From NCBI GenBank assembly GCA_011109175.1, contig RDEW01000007.1, positions 433,712-497,711 on the forward strand: a stretch of DNA of 64,000 nt, given 5' to 3'. This stretch comes from Dicyema japonicum. Its lineage: Eukaryota > Animalia > Dicyemida. Of the stretch, positions 11,690 to 24,260 are shown piece by piece (positions within the stretch are counted from its first letter, which is position 1; the number at the start of each line of letters is the position of its first letter). The translations under genes and the position numbers were made by a program. Under the pieces are notes generated by a model that saw only the letters and a program-made list of their open reading frames with translations, was not told the origin of the DNA and searched no databases.

Positions 11690-12553
11690 TTTTGTAAAAT
11701 AAACCAGTTTCGTCGGCACTATTTTGAGCTCCGTAGATATTGATTTTATTTTTGATTAAGTTTAATAAAATCTGATACCACATTAGGGTCAAAATTTAAA
11801 GTTGCAGATTCTCCATGCATATTTCGTAACTTCAAACCATTCCTCTATTAAATTTAACAAGCGATCCCTTGCTTTCTTTGAAATCAGTGATCCCTCGTGT
11901 TTCGATGCAAATGATTTGGCTTTCTCAGTAATAATTTCATCGTTCAAAATGGCTCGATGCAGAAAATGGCTTGACGAGTGACACCGTCATCAGTGGAGAT
12001 TCACTGCGGAACTGGATAGCCAAAAGGACATACACACAAGAAAAAAAAACAAAGAAGTGAAGAGCATTCCTTGGCTCTCCCTCTACGATTAGTTATAATA
12101 GCTGTTCTTTACTTAAATAAAGTGTGTGTTCTGCACGAGCGAAACCCTAGGCATCTTACGTGCTTATGGAAATGCGGTAGTGTTAATTAAATTATTGTTA
12201 AATCGTATCATAATCGATTTCACTAAACTTTAAATATTCTTTGCGAGAAATGTCAGATCATGTTATTCAACATAAATTCAGATCCTCTTTAACTTCTCAG
12301 ATCATCAATAGATCTAAAAGAAAATGGTGCATTATATTTTTTGGAAAAAATTTCTGAAATTTTTATCGAAACTAATTTAATATTTGATTCAATTCAAAAT
12401 GGCAATTTTTTGTTTGTTTTTTAATCGTGTACAGTTACGTTTCATGAGAACAACAATGACAACGTGTTATAAGTTAATTATTTAAAAAATTAATTAAAAT
12501 TTAGAGACATGACGGATTCATTAAAAAATCTGGCGGATTCGAGAGAGTTACTG
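11690..12553 (-). mobile_element. Degenerate Tigger/Jerky-type pogo transposon, interrupted by a SINE
   Basis: Minus strand reads GLKLRNMHGES...ADETGLFYK. A terminal TA-CAGTAACTCTCTCGAATCCGCCAG at ~12530-12555 resembles the end at ~13410-13435. Confidence 0.6.
11960..12135 (+). mobile_element. SINE copy lacking the tRNA head
   Basis: Similar to the minus-strand element at 34040-34210 (gacgagtgac.ccgtcatcagtg...cactgcggaactggat...cttaaataaa.gtgtgtg). Confidence 0.75.
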
Positions 12554-12879
12554 TACTTACTACTAAACGGCTTCTTATGCTATCTGGGTCCTCCACTACT
12601 TATCAGAACCCTTTTCACTCAATTTAGATCCTCATCGAGAGTTTCACAAATAACTTAAATCACCGGAGCTTCACGCTCTAGCAGGACCTCATCTTGGCCA
12701 ATGCTCCTCGCCCAACCCACACAAGCACGTGTCAGTCGAGTGACTGGATCTTAACAGTCACGACGGCGCGTTCCATGGTTCATTCGTATCATGGTTTCAA
12801 GAAGAATTGGAGAGTTGGTGGCTGGAATTCTCCAAAAATCCAGCGTTCAGTGTTTTTGAAGGCTTTTTTCGGCTAGCCT

Positions 12880-13433
12880 CGATCTTCAAAACATTTGTCC
12901 AAGAGATGAATGGGAATTGTGCCTGATTATAGTTATGCTTGGAACAAGATAGATAGTTCTTTAATATTCAAATGCAGGCAAAATGGATACAAAACATTGA
13001 AAATATAAATTATGAAAACATTTTTATTGAAAATTACGAATATATTCTATACAAAATGAACATAAGTAATCCTTTAGAAGAGAGACTTTACATCGAAATT
13101 GACTACAATGAAAATAAAGAACTTGATTTGAATGAGTCTGAGAAAATAGAACAAGAAATTGATAGTAAAGAACCCCTTGAAAAAAGTCAGAAAGGTGTAA
13201 CTATTAGCGAGGCTTTTCTAGCCTTTAATAAATTAAAGAATTCTATAATCAAGAAGAATTCTTTAATTTCGAAAATCTTGAGTCTATTGAAAAACTAAAT
13301 GATCCGAACTCTAAAAAGAAACAAATCAAAACTTACTGATTTTTGCTTATAAATAATTTTTTGATTTACATATGGATGGAAAAAAATCAATGTCGGGGAT
13401 CGCAAAATCTGGAGGATTCGAGAGACTTTACTG
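12880..13433 (+). mobile_element. Tigger-like transposase C-terminus with terminal inverted repeat
   Basis: YAWNKI, VTISEAFLAF, KSKLTDF; ends ctggaggattcgagagactttactg followed by TA. Confidence 0.6.
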
Positions 13434-13442
13434 TAATATATA

Positions 13443-14174
13443 CCGTATTTGCCGGTGTATAAGTCGACTTTTTTCGATCAAAAATCGACCTAAAAAATCG
13501 ACTTTTACACCGAGTCATGAAATTCAACTTCGTATTCATCGTGATGGTAATTACTGCACTCTTCACAAAAAATTCTTGCAAAGATCAATCTAATTATAGA
13601 AGTGAATGTTGTAAAATGATAATTACGTAAACATTCAATCATTATACTTACCCATGTCTAAACGAATGAATACTCTGCCAAGTTCAAACTGCAAGTTGTA
13701 AACTTTGCCTAAGAAACTAACAAATGTGGTGCCTCAAGAAAATTTGGCGTAAATGAGAGACTAGTAAGAGATTGGAAACGCAACGCAACACAGCTAGCAG
13801 TGATGCTAAGAAACAAATGTGCTAATAGAGGGAACAGCTGCCAGTGGCCAGCACTGCTGCATTTCAACACTCTCGATGGGATAGAAGACGACCTTATCTG
13901 GGAAGAGGAGGAAACTGAGGATAAAGAAGACCAAGAAAATGTCCCTTTTTGACGACAGACTAAACTAAAATGAATGGAACAAGCTTTTTGGAAATAGTGA
14001 CGATGAAGACGGATTTTGAACTCTATGTAAGCACTTTATAATTCTAATATTGTTTCTTAACTAAAAATAATCACTTTCTAAGAGTTTTCATTGTTGTTAG
14101 TCTCTCTCGGCGCGTAATATCACAGGGTTACAAAGTAAATAGTGATAGGTCGACTTATACACCGGCAAATACGG
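13443..14174 (+). mobile_element. Internally deleted pogo (POGK-like) DNA transposon with perfect 26-bp TIRs
   Basis: TIRs ccgtatttgccggtgtataagtcgac (13443-13468) and gtcgacttatacaccggcaaatacgg (14149-14174). Brinker-type HTH (YSAKFKLQVV...GVNERLVRDW) is joined directly to the C-terminal CISNTLDGIEDDLIW. TA present on the left only. Confidence 0.88.
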
Positions 14175-14214
14175 AATTATAAAAAAGATATAATTTGGCG
14201 ACAAAAATTACAAA

Positions 14215-14335
14215 ACTCGACTGACACGTGCTTGTGTGGGGTTGGGGGAGAAGCATTGGGCCAAGATGAGGTCCCTGCTAGAGCGTGCCGGGATCACGTG
14301 ATTAGTTAGTTTGTGTAACCGTGGTCTCTGGTGCA
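14215..14335 (+). mobile_element. LINE 3' tail; inverted near-copy at 12672-12741
   Basis: Contains the shared gggatcacg...cgtggtctc hairpin tail. Confidence 0.75.
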
Positions 14336-14677
14336 CAATTCAATATGAATACAAGTGAATGCGTCTTAATGTTCCTCGAATCCTATTCCCCCACTCTATA
14401 CTCAATTTTGCCACGCAGAGGTGGACGTTGTCAACAGCCTAACTCAATTCACTCTAAATATCTCAACTAGACAAATCTCTTTCCAAATCAACAGAAACTA
14501 CCAGTACCACACATTGACTCTCACCCCAATCTTAACATCCAAACGTCCCCAAATCTACAAACATCACACATTAAAATAAACCTCTTAACCAATCCTTGAA
14601 TAAAAACCCATAACGCAACCAAAACCACGTGGAATAGTTCCACAGTAAGTATCAATGAACATAAAAAATTTAAAAAA

Positions 14678-15345
14678 TCAATCATCGTCACGTGCATAAT
14701 CATCATCTTCCTTATCATCATCAGAGTACATATTAGTGTAGTCATACTAAGACATCCATATCACAAAAAACCTCAGATTCCACAGACATACTTGAACTCT
14801 GACTGTGATCTGATGACTTTACTGAAGGATTGTCGTCAGAGTCGGACTCTTCAGATTCTTTTGCAGCCAGCAGGTTCGAAATCTAAAAGTAAAGACATCC
14901 ACAAACATCTTTAGCGTTGGTTTTGTGATCAGCCCCGCTTAACTGGTCTGTCCTGCCGAACCAATGAGGCCGAAGTGATGCAGGAAACAAAGACCAGTCT
15001 ACATAAACCAATATAGGCTACTCAACACAGGGTCCTCCTTTTTCTTCTTGAAGCGATCCGTATAGAATCCAATGTTATCATCCAAGGTAGTTTCTTCGGA
15101 GGAAACAAAAAATGGGAGACTGTCTGATTCGTCAATAAGCTTGTTAAGTTCTCTTAGATAGTCTTCATCAACAAAAATTTGGTACGGAGTGATCTCAGTC
15201 TATTTGATCTAATAATAGTTAATACTGGCATGCAGGACAATTCTCTGTCGCTAATTGTTTCATCTAATTTGGGAGCGAGAAACAGCCGATTTTTCTATAT
15301 AATTGATTATAATTTGCTTACTTTTGCACTATAAAAACCAACCAT
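14678..15345 (-). CDS. POLR3G: RNA polymerase III subunit RPC7/Rpc31-like; 6 exons, 5 introns of 23-27 nt
   Basis: Spliced product includes LPFFVSSEE...IGFYTDRFKKKKEDPVLNWSLFPASLRP and an acidic tail ending YDYTNMYSDDDKEDDDYARDDD, matching the Rpc31 family pattern. All introns are GT-AG and in phase. Confidence 0.72.
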
Positions 15346-15499
15346 ACTTGCCTCTATGTTTTAATATAAATTTATTTTGAATTTTAAATTAATATAATAA
15401 AATAAATAAATTTAAAAATTTCATTACCACGTGTTAATAACTTAGAATATTTAAAACCTAGTTTTATCAAGAAAAACCTACAGAAATCAAGCTTCATTT

Positions 15500-16215
15500 G
15501 TGCGTATGACTTTTGAATTGGTGGACTCTTTTTAACTAATTACAAGAGGGTTCCTTTTCTCACTATCGATGGAAATATTTCAATTGGAGATCTCAGGGAA
15601 GCTCAAGCTTTGGATCACCAACTTCCTAAGGGGACGTGTATGCCTCTGAGGACTGAAAGCAATCTCACGTCTCCTCTCAACGGAGTCCCTTAAGGATCAC
15701 CTTTAACCCCTGCTTTGTTTAACCTCTTTCTGGCTGATCTCCCTGTTCTTGAATCTGATAAAGATGTTCTAACTTCCTATGCGGATGATATTGTGTTGAT
15801 TCACGAACTCGGGACATCCTGAAGGCCACAAAAAGGTCGTCTACGTCCCTTTTTTACTTCGGACAAAAAATTGGGAAAGAAGTTAAACAAGGTCAACAGA
15901 TGTCAAGGGATCTTGGGTGTGACACTTGATAAATATGAGGAACATCGAGGAAATGTAAAAGAGGACTTACAGAGTAACGGAGCGTTGGATTTGTAAAGAT
16001 TACCGAACGGGACCGACGCCTCTGGAGGCCCTTATGAGACTGGACTCCAGATTGCGGGAACGTGGACCAGAAAAATCAGTCAAAACCCCAAAACGTTCAC
16101 GCGCGAGCACGAGGGAAGAACACCAGGCAATTATGAGGTCGCTGTTGGAATGCATCGGAATCACGTGGTAATTAGTTTGGTTCTACCGTGGTCTTGGGTT
16201 GTTAAAAATTTATTT
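15500..16215 (+). mobile_element. Degenerate LINE RT with 3' hairpin tail
   Basis: GVP*GS...ALFNLFLADLP...SYADDIV, ILGVTLD, then tail ggaatcacg...cgtggtctt. Confidence 0.8.
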
Positions 16216-17128
16216 TTATTAGTTGTGACGTTGAGTCCAAGTGTGTCAATAACACGGCTGAATGTTAATGGAATCTGAAGACTCTCTTAAAACACGTGGA
16301 TCGTTCCTTTATCTAAGAACCCAAGCTTCTGCCATTGTATCAACTACTTTTTTCCTTGAATGCACTGTGATTTGCAAAAACCAAGAGACAGACCGTATTG
16401 GTATTATAATCATTGCGAAAAATGACTATTTACCCGGACATAAGTCCACGTGTTACAGAAAGCTTTTAGGCTCAGATTCTGCAGGAAATGCTGTCAACAC
16501 ACAGTTATTCGGCAAACATAAATAGAATCGTATTAACCGGGTTTCCGATGTCTCCTGAGTCCGTCTTCTTCTCATTGTTACAAGAAGCTAAGTAGACACT
16601 TAATACAACCGAGGTACGTCACCTCCTCAACCCACCAAAAGTCTCCACAGCCTCACTAGTAATCATGTCTGATACTTAGCAGATCAAAAAAACTAGTAAT
16701 ATGAAAAATCTTATTATTTTCAATATTTTGCCAGCCTTCATCATAAGGAGTCGCTAACAAATAATATAAAATTTGAAATTTTTACTAAGAATTTCAAAAA
16801 ACCTCTAATTGTTTGAATTATAACATTCGAATGTACTGAGTTTATTGTAGACTGCATAAAGTCTGGTTTACAAATTGTCCCGACAATTACATTAAATGTT
16901 ATTTTCCCGTTAATGTTACTTTTATCAATAATTAAATAGAATTTTCTAAGATCGCTTGGGTCAATGATATCGAAAGTGAGAAATAGCGTCGGAAACCAAA
17001 TGGCTATTCCAAAGGATTTATCTGGCAGTTGTCAGGGGAGCACGTGTCCTTACAGACCAGCCCAATATCTCCATACAATCCCAATAAAGCTTTAAGCACG
17101 GTGGAACAAAAATACTAGCAAAATAATC

Positions 17129-18021
17129 TCACAACAACATGTCAACAAAAAACTCATCAAACTCCTCCTCTCTACCACAATCACACGAATAGTCAACCTC
17201 GTCTTCTCCTCATTCAATATAAGGGGACCCTTCCAAATATTCTCATCAGCATTCACACTTGGTTTCACTTCCTCACTCTCCTTCAAATCTTCAGCCTCCA
17301 CCTTAACTTCAACCGATTCTTCCCTCTTTATCGACTTCTTGTGCTTCCTGTGGTAGTTCAGCCTCTCAGAACACTCAGAACAGAGTCCTAAGCTAAAAGA
17401 AACACAAAACTAAGCTTCACGAGGGCATGTTTCTTGGTCCCCGCCTCTAGTATGCGAAATTGACCTCCCAGCTGCAGAGCCTCTCCCTAGCGTCACATCT
17501 GAGGGACCCACACACGAATTGGCCTCTGATAAGAAAACAGGGTACCCTTCCCATCCAAAACCTCTTTCTCAGTTCTCCACCGCATCCCGATTTTATTATG
17601 GCGGTAGTGCTTTAGGTCAGCCAAGCAATATTCACGGAATAATTTGTCGTAGTACTTCTTGGCCAACTTTTTACCACTGGAATAACTGAAAACAATCACA
17701 GTGTATCCACAGTGTCCTCTGGTTCCCATAGAAATCTGTGGTTCTCACGGATTGTGTCCATGTCAGACTTAAAGGCCGCAGTTCTGTGTGTTTTACGGAA
17801 ATTTACTGTTTTGGGAGGTATCTATCCACGTTTCCGTAGTAACGAAAATAATTGTTGACAAATTCCTTATGACGAGTATACTACTTTGCTTAGGAAAATT
17901 ATACAGCATCCATACTGAGATATTTGGCCCTAATAGCGTTCCCAGTGCTCTCAGTCTTTTGTCTTTTTGCTTGTTGGACTGTCTTGCTCTTGGATTTTTC
18001 ATCCCCAGCTAAAGTCGACAT
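17129..18021 (-). CDS. FRA10AC1: FRA10AC1 spliceosome-associated protein; 6 introns of 22-26 nt; one apparent 1-nt deletion near 17449
   Basis: MDAYTRHKEFVNNY, DTIRENHRFLW, KLAKKYYDKLFREYCLADL, GMRWRTEKEVLDGKGQFVCG, SWEVNF, ALVKLRLCSECSERLNYH, C-terminal EEEFDEFFVDMLL*. Confidence 0.92.
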
Positions 18022-18086
18022 GAAGATTTAAATATTTTATTCAATTTAAATTTTATTAATATTATAACGATAAAATTATTTAAAAA

Positions 18087-18722
18087 ATGATAATAAAGAT
18101 CAGTAATTTTCTTTATTCTGTTATTTTTATGAAGAATTCCTTATCACGAGTTTTAGAAAAACTGATCCGTCCTTTCATAATAACTCTATCATCTTTTCTA
18201 CACGGATTCCGTGAAGGACACTCAACAACAACTCATTTAACAAAATTGGTCCAATTTATCTCGGACGGCCCTGAATTCCCCAAATCCACACGAGAGAACC
18301 GTGCTGGTCTCAGTGGATGTAGATAAGGCTTTTGACTCATTATCCCGGAAGATCACTACGGCAAAAATTTTTATGACGTCGATCCACCCAAAATTCAAGT
18401 CATGGTTGGTTCATCAACGGTCCAATAGAACCGTCTGAATATATCGTCAGGAAAGTCACATGTAACGACGTTTTCCTCACCACTAAAATAATTAAGGCTA
18501 ACACCATAAATAAAATTGTGTGATTCCCCGATCCCCTTTAAGAAAACCCATTCAATCCTTGAAGTAATCCTGGACTCCATTCACTCATCATGTGGACTTG
18601 ATAACCGCGAGGATCCAAAAGAAAATGAAAACTAACCTCAGGAAAAGGACTGGTGTGGATACCGGGATCACTTAATTAGACGATAACTCTTATCTTCTTT
18701 CTCGTGATTTCGAGTTAATAAA
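18087..18722 (+). mobile_element. Deleted LINE RT fragment with type-B hairpin tail
   Basis: HGFREGHSTTTHL, DVDKAFDS; tail cgggatcac...gtgatttcg followed by ttaataaa. Confidence 0.75.
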
Positions 18723-19099
18723 TTAAATTTATGAAAAATTACTGACTCGGCACAAAAAATTAGTTTTTTTAAGAATGATAGAAAGGTTGAAATCTCCTTC
18801 CAAAACTTATTCTATGAACTCTAGGAGAGCAACAGACATAGTAAAGGACTTCAATCCAAAATTTACAAGATATGTTCTCTTCCAACATCACGCCCATCCA
18901 TAGTTGGGGAGCCCACTACTGGAGTTAGAAACATAGTGTTCTTTTGTTGGATTCCTGCCATCCACAAACGTCTTCTGAGTCAGGTGATCAAATAAAATAC
19001 AGAAAGTCCCTTAAATTGGCCCAAAATTGTTCCTGAACTATTTGTGGCCAATTTGGGAATTTGAAACATCTGGGTACTATTTTGATTTTAATTTAAAAA

Positions 19100-22000
19100 C
19101 CAAGAATCACCGACAAAACAAAGGAAGGTAGGGGCCGTCAGGTGATCCCTGCCTCGTTGAGCAGTCGCCTCATCTTTCCTCGGTGTTCCTCCCGAATGCC
19201 GACACACTTCCTGTATGGACAAATCACTTTTTGGAAGTTTAGGAGTTTTGGCTGAGTTCCCGTTCTCCTCACGAGTTCCTGAACAGGGTTGGTTTTAATG
19301 ACGAGGAGGATCTTGTAGGGTTTTCGCTACTGACTCTTGGAAGAAGTTTAATTTCTTTAGGTTGGTGTGGGATATGTTAGTTCCCCATGCCGCGCAGCAG
19401 TAACTGATTGACGGAAGTATTTATTGGTAAGTAGAGATGATCTACTGTTGGGTGGAACCATCTCTTGTAGTATCCAAGTAGTGTTTTTACAAAGTTTAAT
19501 TTTTTCTGGAAGGGGAGATTATGTTCCTCACATGTTTGCTGAAGGTCATTAGGGTCATATGTGACCCTCAGTATTTTGGTTGAATTTGTGAAGTGGAGTG
19601 TTATTCCATTTAGGGCAGGGGTGTCAAACTCATTTAGCTTCGAGGGCCGCATTTATAATGATTTTTCATCAAGGAAAGATTATTTATTTTAATGAAAAAC
19701 CAAAAATAAGTAAAACTAAATATGTAATCACCATCTTCTAATCGTGCTTAGAGCAACTTCCGGAGGATTGACATCTTTTTTCGGATACAATTTTTGATAT
19801 GTCGGGCTCACCTATTCGTGTAGTCCCGACTTTTATTAAAGCCGATAAATTTTCATCAGTGAGTCTTGTTCTTTGAACAGTTTTTGTTAATTTCATAAAT
19901 GAAAAAAGTTGTTGACACAGACACGTCGAACCAACATAGCGTAGCAAAATTTTTAAATTTTTCAGGAAGATGTGAAAAAAAGCGGGTACTCCAACCTCCA
20001 AATATTTAGCCTTTAGTATAGAATCCAATTGGATCTCCGACAATTCCATTTGTAAACTTTTATCTGCATTTGAAGCATTAAAAGCGAATGGTGCTGTGAA
20101 TAATGAAAATTCTTGTTCAAAAAACGAGAAATCATTAAATCGTTTATGAAATTCCTTTAACAACAAATCCAGTTGTCCTTCATACTTGGAAAAATTCATG
20201 TGCACCAACAGTACTCCTCAGTTCTTCACACGTAGGAAAATGAACTAAATCTTCATTTAATAGCTAAAACTTCCATAATTTTATTTTCGAAATAAAGCAC
20301 TATCTGACAACTGAGTTATGAGCTTGTTTTTGCCCTGCAATTCAAATTAAGGTCGCTCATATGTGCGGTAATATCAACTGCAAAGACCAAATCTTGGATC
20401 CAAGATTCACTTTTCATCTCGTCTGTGTTTTGGCCTTTCATTTCCATAAATAAAATTATTTCCTGTCTTAACAAATAAAATCTTTGACAACTTTGTGAAG
20501 AGATAACCAACGTACTGTAGTATAAAAAGGAAGGTCGCTGAATTTACTGAATTGGCGGTGGTTGAGGGCATGACCTCTAATATAGTTTATTGTTTTCGTG
20601 ATCAAGCTAATTGTATCTTCCATTTTAAAAATTTTTGAATACAAATTCTGCTGATGAATAACACAATAAAACCAGATTGTCGTCCAACATGTCGTCCAGT
20701 CATATTCGGAGCACCATCAGTCCACAAACATACAAGCTTCTTTAAATCAAATCCATAGTCAAAGAAAATTTGTAGCAGTTTAACAAAGATATCTTTACTT
20801 GTAGCAGTATCGTGCATTGGTACAAGCTCGAGAAATATTCAAATTTAAACAATTCAGACTTTAATTGTTGTTTCAAATGCAAGACATTCTTTGATATGTT
20901 CGACAACCGTGTTTCTGGTCAAAGAAATGTTTTTAAACGATATGAGCATTGTCTGGACAAATAATTTTGGCTGTTTTCACGAGACATTGCTTGATGAAAT
21001 CACCATCACAATATGATTTCCCATTCATTGCAAGCATTCTGCTGATTTCATAGCTTGCAGTAACTGATGCAGTACTTCGATTGTAAATTTGTGTGAAATG
21101 AGCCTATGACGAAGTCATATTATTTCGTAATTCATTTGGATTTGAAACACCCATTGGACCTTATTGGTTAATAAACAACTTAGTACCTTCGAAATAATCG
21201 TATGATCTATGATTGGAATAGTAATGCCTTTTTAAGTTGTATTCTTTCGGTATAGCGATAAACTGGTTACATATCAAACAATGTATTTTTCCATCAATCG
21301 TTGTACAAAAATAGAGAAGTTGGCATTTTTGAAACACTCTCTTTTCATCTTTCAAACACCGTTTTTTAGTTCCATAAGAAACACGTGGCATTGACAAACA
21401 AGATTTACAAATACTATTAAAAAATAATTAAAATTAAAAAATATTTTATAATAAAAATTAAAATATTTTGTTTTATAGCAATCAAATCGGACTGCACGGT
21501 GCTGTTGCATTTAACGAACTCCACTAAACATTACTGTTGCAAATGAGGCTCGCGGGCCGCATGTTTGACACCCATGATTTAGGGTCAATGGAGGCGCCGA
21601 GTTAGTCAATCTTTTGTTGGAAGTAAATATCATAGAGCACGACTTTTCAGGGCTTGTATGTAGTTGGTTTCTCGTAAGCCAACAGTTCAGGTTATACAGT
21701 GAATCTTGTAAGCGGGTAGCTGCTGTGTGGATGAACTGATCTCTTGTTCCCAAGATTAAGTCGGCGCGTAAGTAAAGAATGGAGTATCGTCGCAGCAGTA
21801 AGAAGGCATGTCGCTCATGAATAGGTTGAATAGAATGGGAGAGAGAGGGATTCATGCGGGATCCCGTTCAGTAGAAATTTAGTGATTGAAGATGTAGAAT
21901 GGGAGATTACTCTTCGTCTTAGCTAGCAAAATGTTCAAGTTGTTTGGAACGTTAGAGCCATAGATCTTCAAAGTGAGCAGTTACCTCGGTATTTGTCAAT

Positions 22001-22240
22001 GGTACACATAAAGGTCTTTTGATGCCGAGGTTTGCGTTGAAGGCCTTCCTTGATGAATTTTGTCAGGCAGGTAAGGTGGGTAGTTGTGGAACGAGCCTTC
22101 TTAAAACCATGTTAGAAGGATACGTCTAGAAGGTATGGTTTAATCTGATGGAGAATGAGTTTTATCCAGGATTTTGGAGGTAGTATACAGGAGGGATATT
22201 GGTCTGTATGAAGCTAATGAATCCTTCGGCCGTCCTGCTT
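19100..22240 (-). mobile_element. LINE RT fragment split by a hAT insertion
   Basis: ORF pieces rejoin exactly across the hAT: ...SAPPLTLN | GITLHFTNSTKIL... Confidence 0.8.
19616..21576 (-). mobile_element. hAT DNA transposon (Charlie/SPIN/GTF2IRD2-like), internally deleted, with intact TIRs and 8-bp TSD
   Basis: TIRs caggggtgtcaaac and gtttgacacccatg; TSD ATTTAGGG at 19608-19615 and 21577-21584. BED finger CLICNQ...EYNLKRHY, TDGAPNM, and hATC CQQLFSFMK...RTRLTDENL. Confidence 0.92.
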
Positions 22241-22825
22241 CTAGGTAAAATTTTTAGTTTGAAATTTTGATTTTTAATATAATTATTTAAAAAAAATTAG
22301 TAAAAATAAATTTTTTTAATAATGTTTTGAAAATTGGCTTTTTTGAACAACTTTTAACCATATGTTGGTCAATTTGAGTACTCTGAATTCGTCTAGAAAT
22401 TGATTAGAATCGTATCGACCCCGAAGAGTTGAAAGGAATTTAAATAGCGATTTTCTACTTTGAGGTCACCAAACCCCTGTGGAATCGGTCCTCGAGTTCA
22501 TCCACTTGTTTGCCTCTAAAAAATCCTCAGTTATTAATTTCGAATGTTCTCTTTATATAAGATATGATTGGGATTTCTAATAAAGGAAGAAATACCCGAC
22601 TAAATGAACTCGGTTTCCACGAGATCTTCGATGGGTCATCTCTAACATAACTTCTGATCGGATCTGATTGTCGTGTCAGGGTCCAAATCCCATCTTGCTG
22701 AAAGGGGACCTCAGAAATACAAAATTAGTCAAACAGTTGTGATCCCATTTCCCCAATTATCAGCGTCAACTTATTGTGATTCTCTACGCCTCTCGTGAGG
22801 GCTTGCTTGAAGGAAGTCTCGGATA

Positions 22826-24260
22826 TTGCAACATTTCTCGTCTCAAATTAACCACGGCGAAATTGAAAAAGCACATCATGGCACGAGGATCTCTGTTGAA
22901 TCATTGAAGACAAATGCTGACTTTTGGAAAGGATTTATGGAAAGGATCAACAACCGTATCTCGAGATTACCTGAAACCTGTCAACCCGACAAAGTTGGAA
23001 CGGAATTGCCGGCCGAATTAGAAGTGGACCCTCGAGTTTATTAAAGGTCGTCTCATCAAGGCCCACAACCAACAGTCTAGAATACAACGGAACTGATGAC
23101 ACGGAAACGAAATCCATTTCAAAAACCAATTCCACAGAGGACCACCAAATTAAACAATTCACTGGCAACCCAGACCTCTAAGTGACCCAATTACATACAA
23201 GAGGTTCTGAACGCTATCAACAAACTAAAGTAGCACTAGCCTGGGAAAATATGAACCAATGGAGAACTCGTAATTATTTACACAAAAATTGTCAACGTTT
23301 ATAACAAAATGTTTGAAACACTTTACCACCGGGAGGTCTTCTAATTTCAGTTCAAAAACCGGAAAAAATCGGCCTTGTCGAAAACCTCCGCCAATCATAC
23401 TACTGGACTCAATAAGGAAGGTTTTTTTCAAATGTTGTCCCTAAAAGAATAAGTCTGATGGTGGAAGAATACTTATCTGCTAATCAAAGCGGATTTAGGA
23501 GAGGTCGATCCACTTCAGACATTGCATGGCCCATCGATGGGGATGCGCCATGACACAACGATACGAGGAGGAAGTGCATATCCTCGGAATCGACCTTTCA
23601 AGAGCATTCGACGCAGTAAACAGGAGAAAATTAGTAAACATACTCAAAACTATACTAGAGAGGATCCCTAGGATGACAAGAGTCAGACACTGATCTTCGA
23701 CTCCAAGTCGCCCTGAACGGTCTGAAAAATTTCTAATCATTTTGGGGTACCACAAGGAAATTCCTAATCCCCGATTTTGTTCTCTATCTACAATGAAGCG
23801 ACACTGCGTGGGCTACGCAAAAAAGTGATCATAACAGAACTTGTCTATGCCGACGACATAGTCTATGCTTCCAAAAAGATGGGGGATATACAGAGTATCC
23901 TAAACCGTGCACTCAAAATATTGAATATCGAGGTGGAAGTTATTTGGAGATAACCATAATGAACCAACCAGTTCCTGCAAACAATGCTATGGAAGCTTAC
24001 TTCCAGAGAGTTGGATACCGTGGACGTCACGCTACTCTCCCCCTATTGCAAATTCACGAAGATCCTGGGACTGTAAATAAGAAACTCAAAAATGCAGACG
24101 ACCTAGATGTCTCCGAAAAATCGCCTTCTCAAAGAGAGCGTGAAGTAATCTAACGTGGAAAATCCTGGTAAACCCGACTTACCTTCGATGTGAACACCAC
24201 CCCTCTCTTCCGACGTACTTAAACTGGATGATATAAAAGATGTCCCCTTCTCCAAGTTGA
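22826..24260 (+). mobile_element. Degenerate RTE-like LINE ORF2
   Basis: QSGFRRGRSTSD, GIDLSRAFDAVNR, VYADDIV, and a C-terminal YFQRVGYRGR segment. Confidence 0.75.

Noticed and set aside
16640-16745. In-frame TAA after a hydrophobic stretch, and TAG in FRA10AC1, suggesting stop-codon reassignment
   Set aside because: TAA, TAG and TGA all terminate well-supported genes here (calmodulin, SF3A3, VDAC). Micro-introns or single indels explain these cases.
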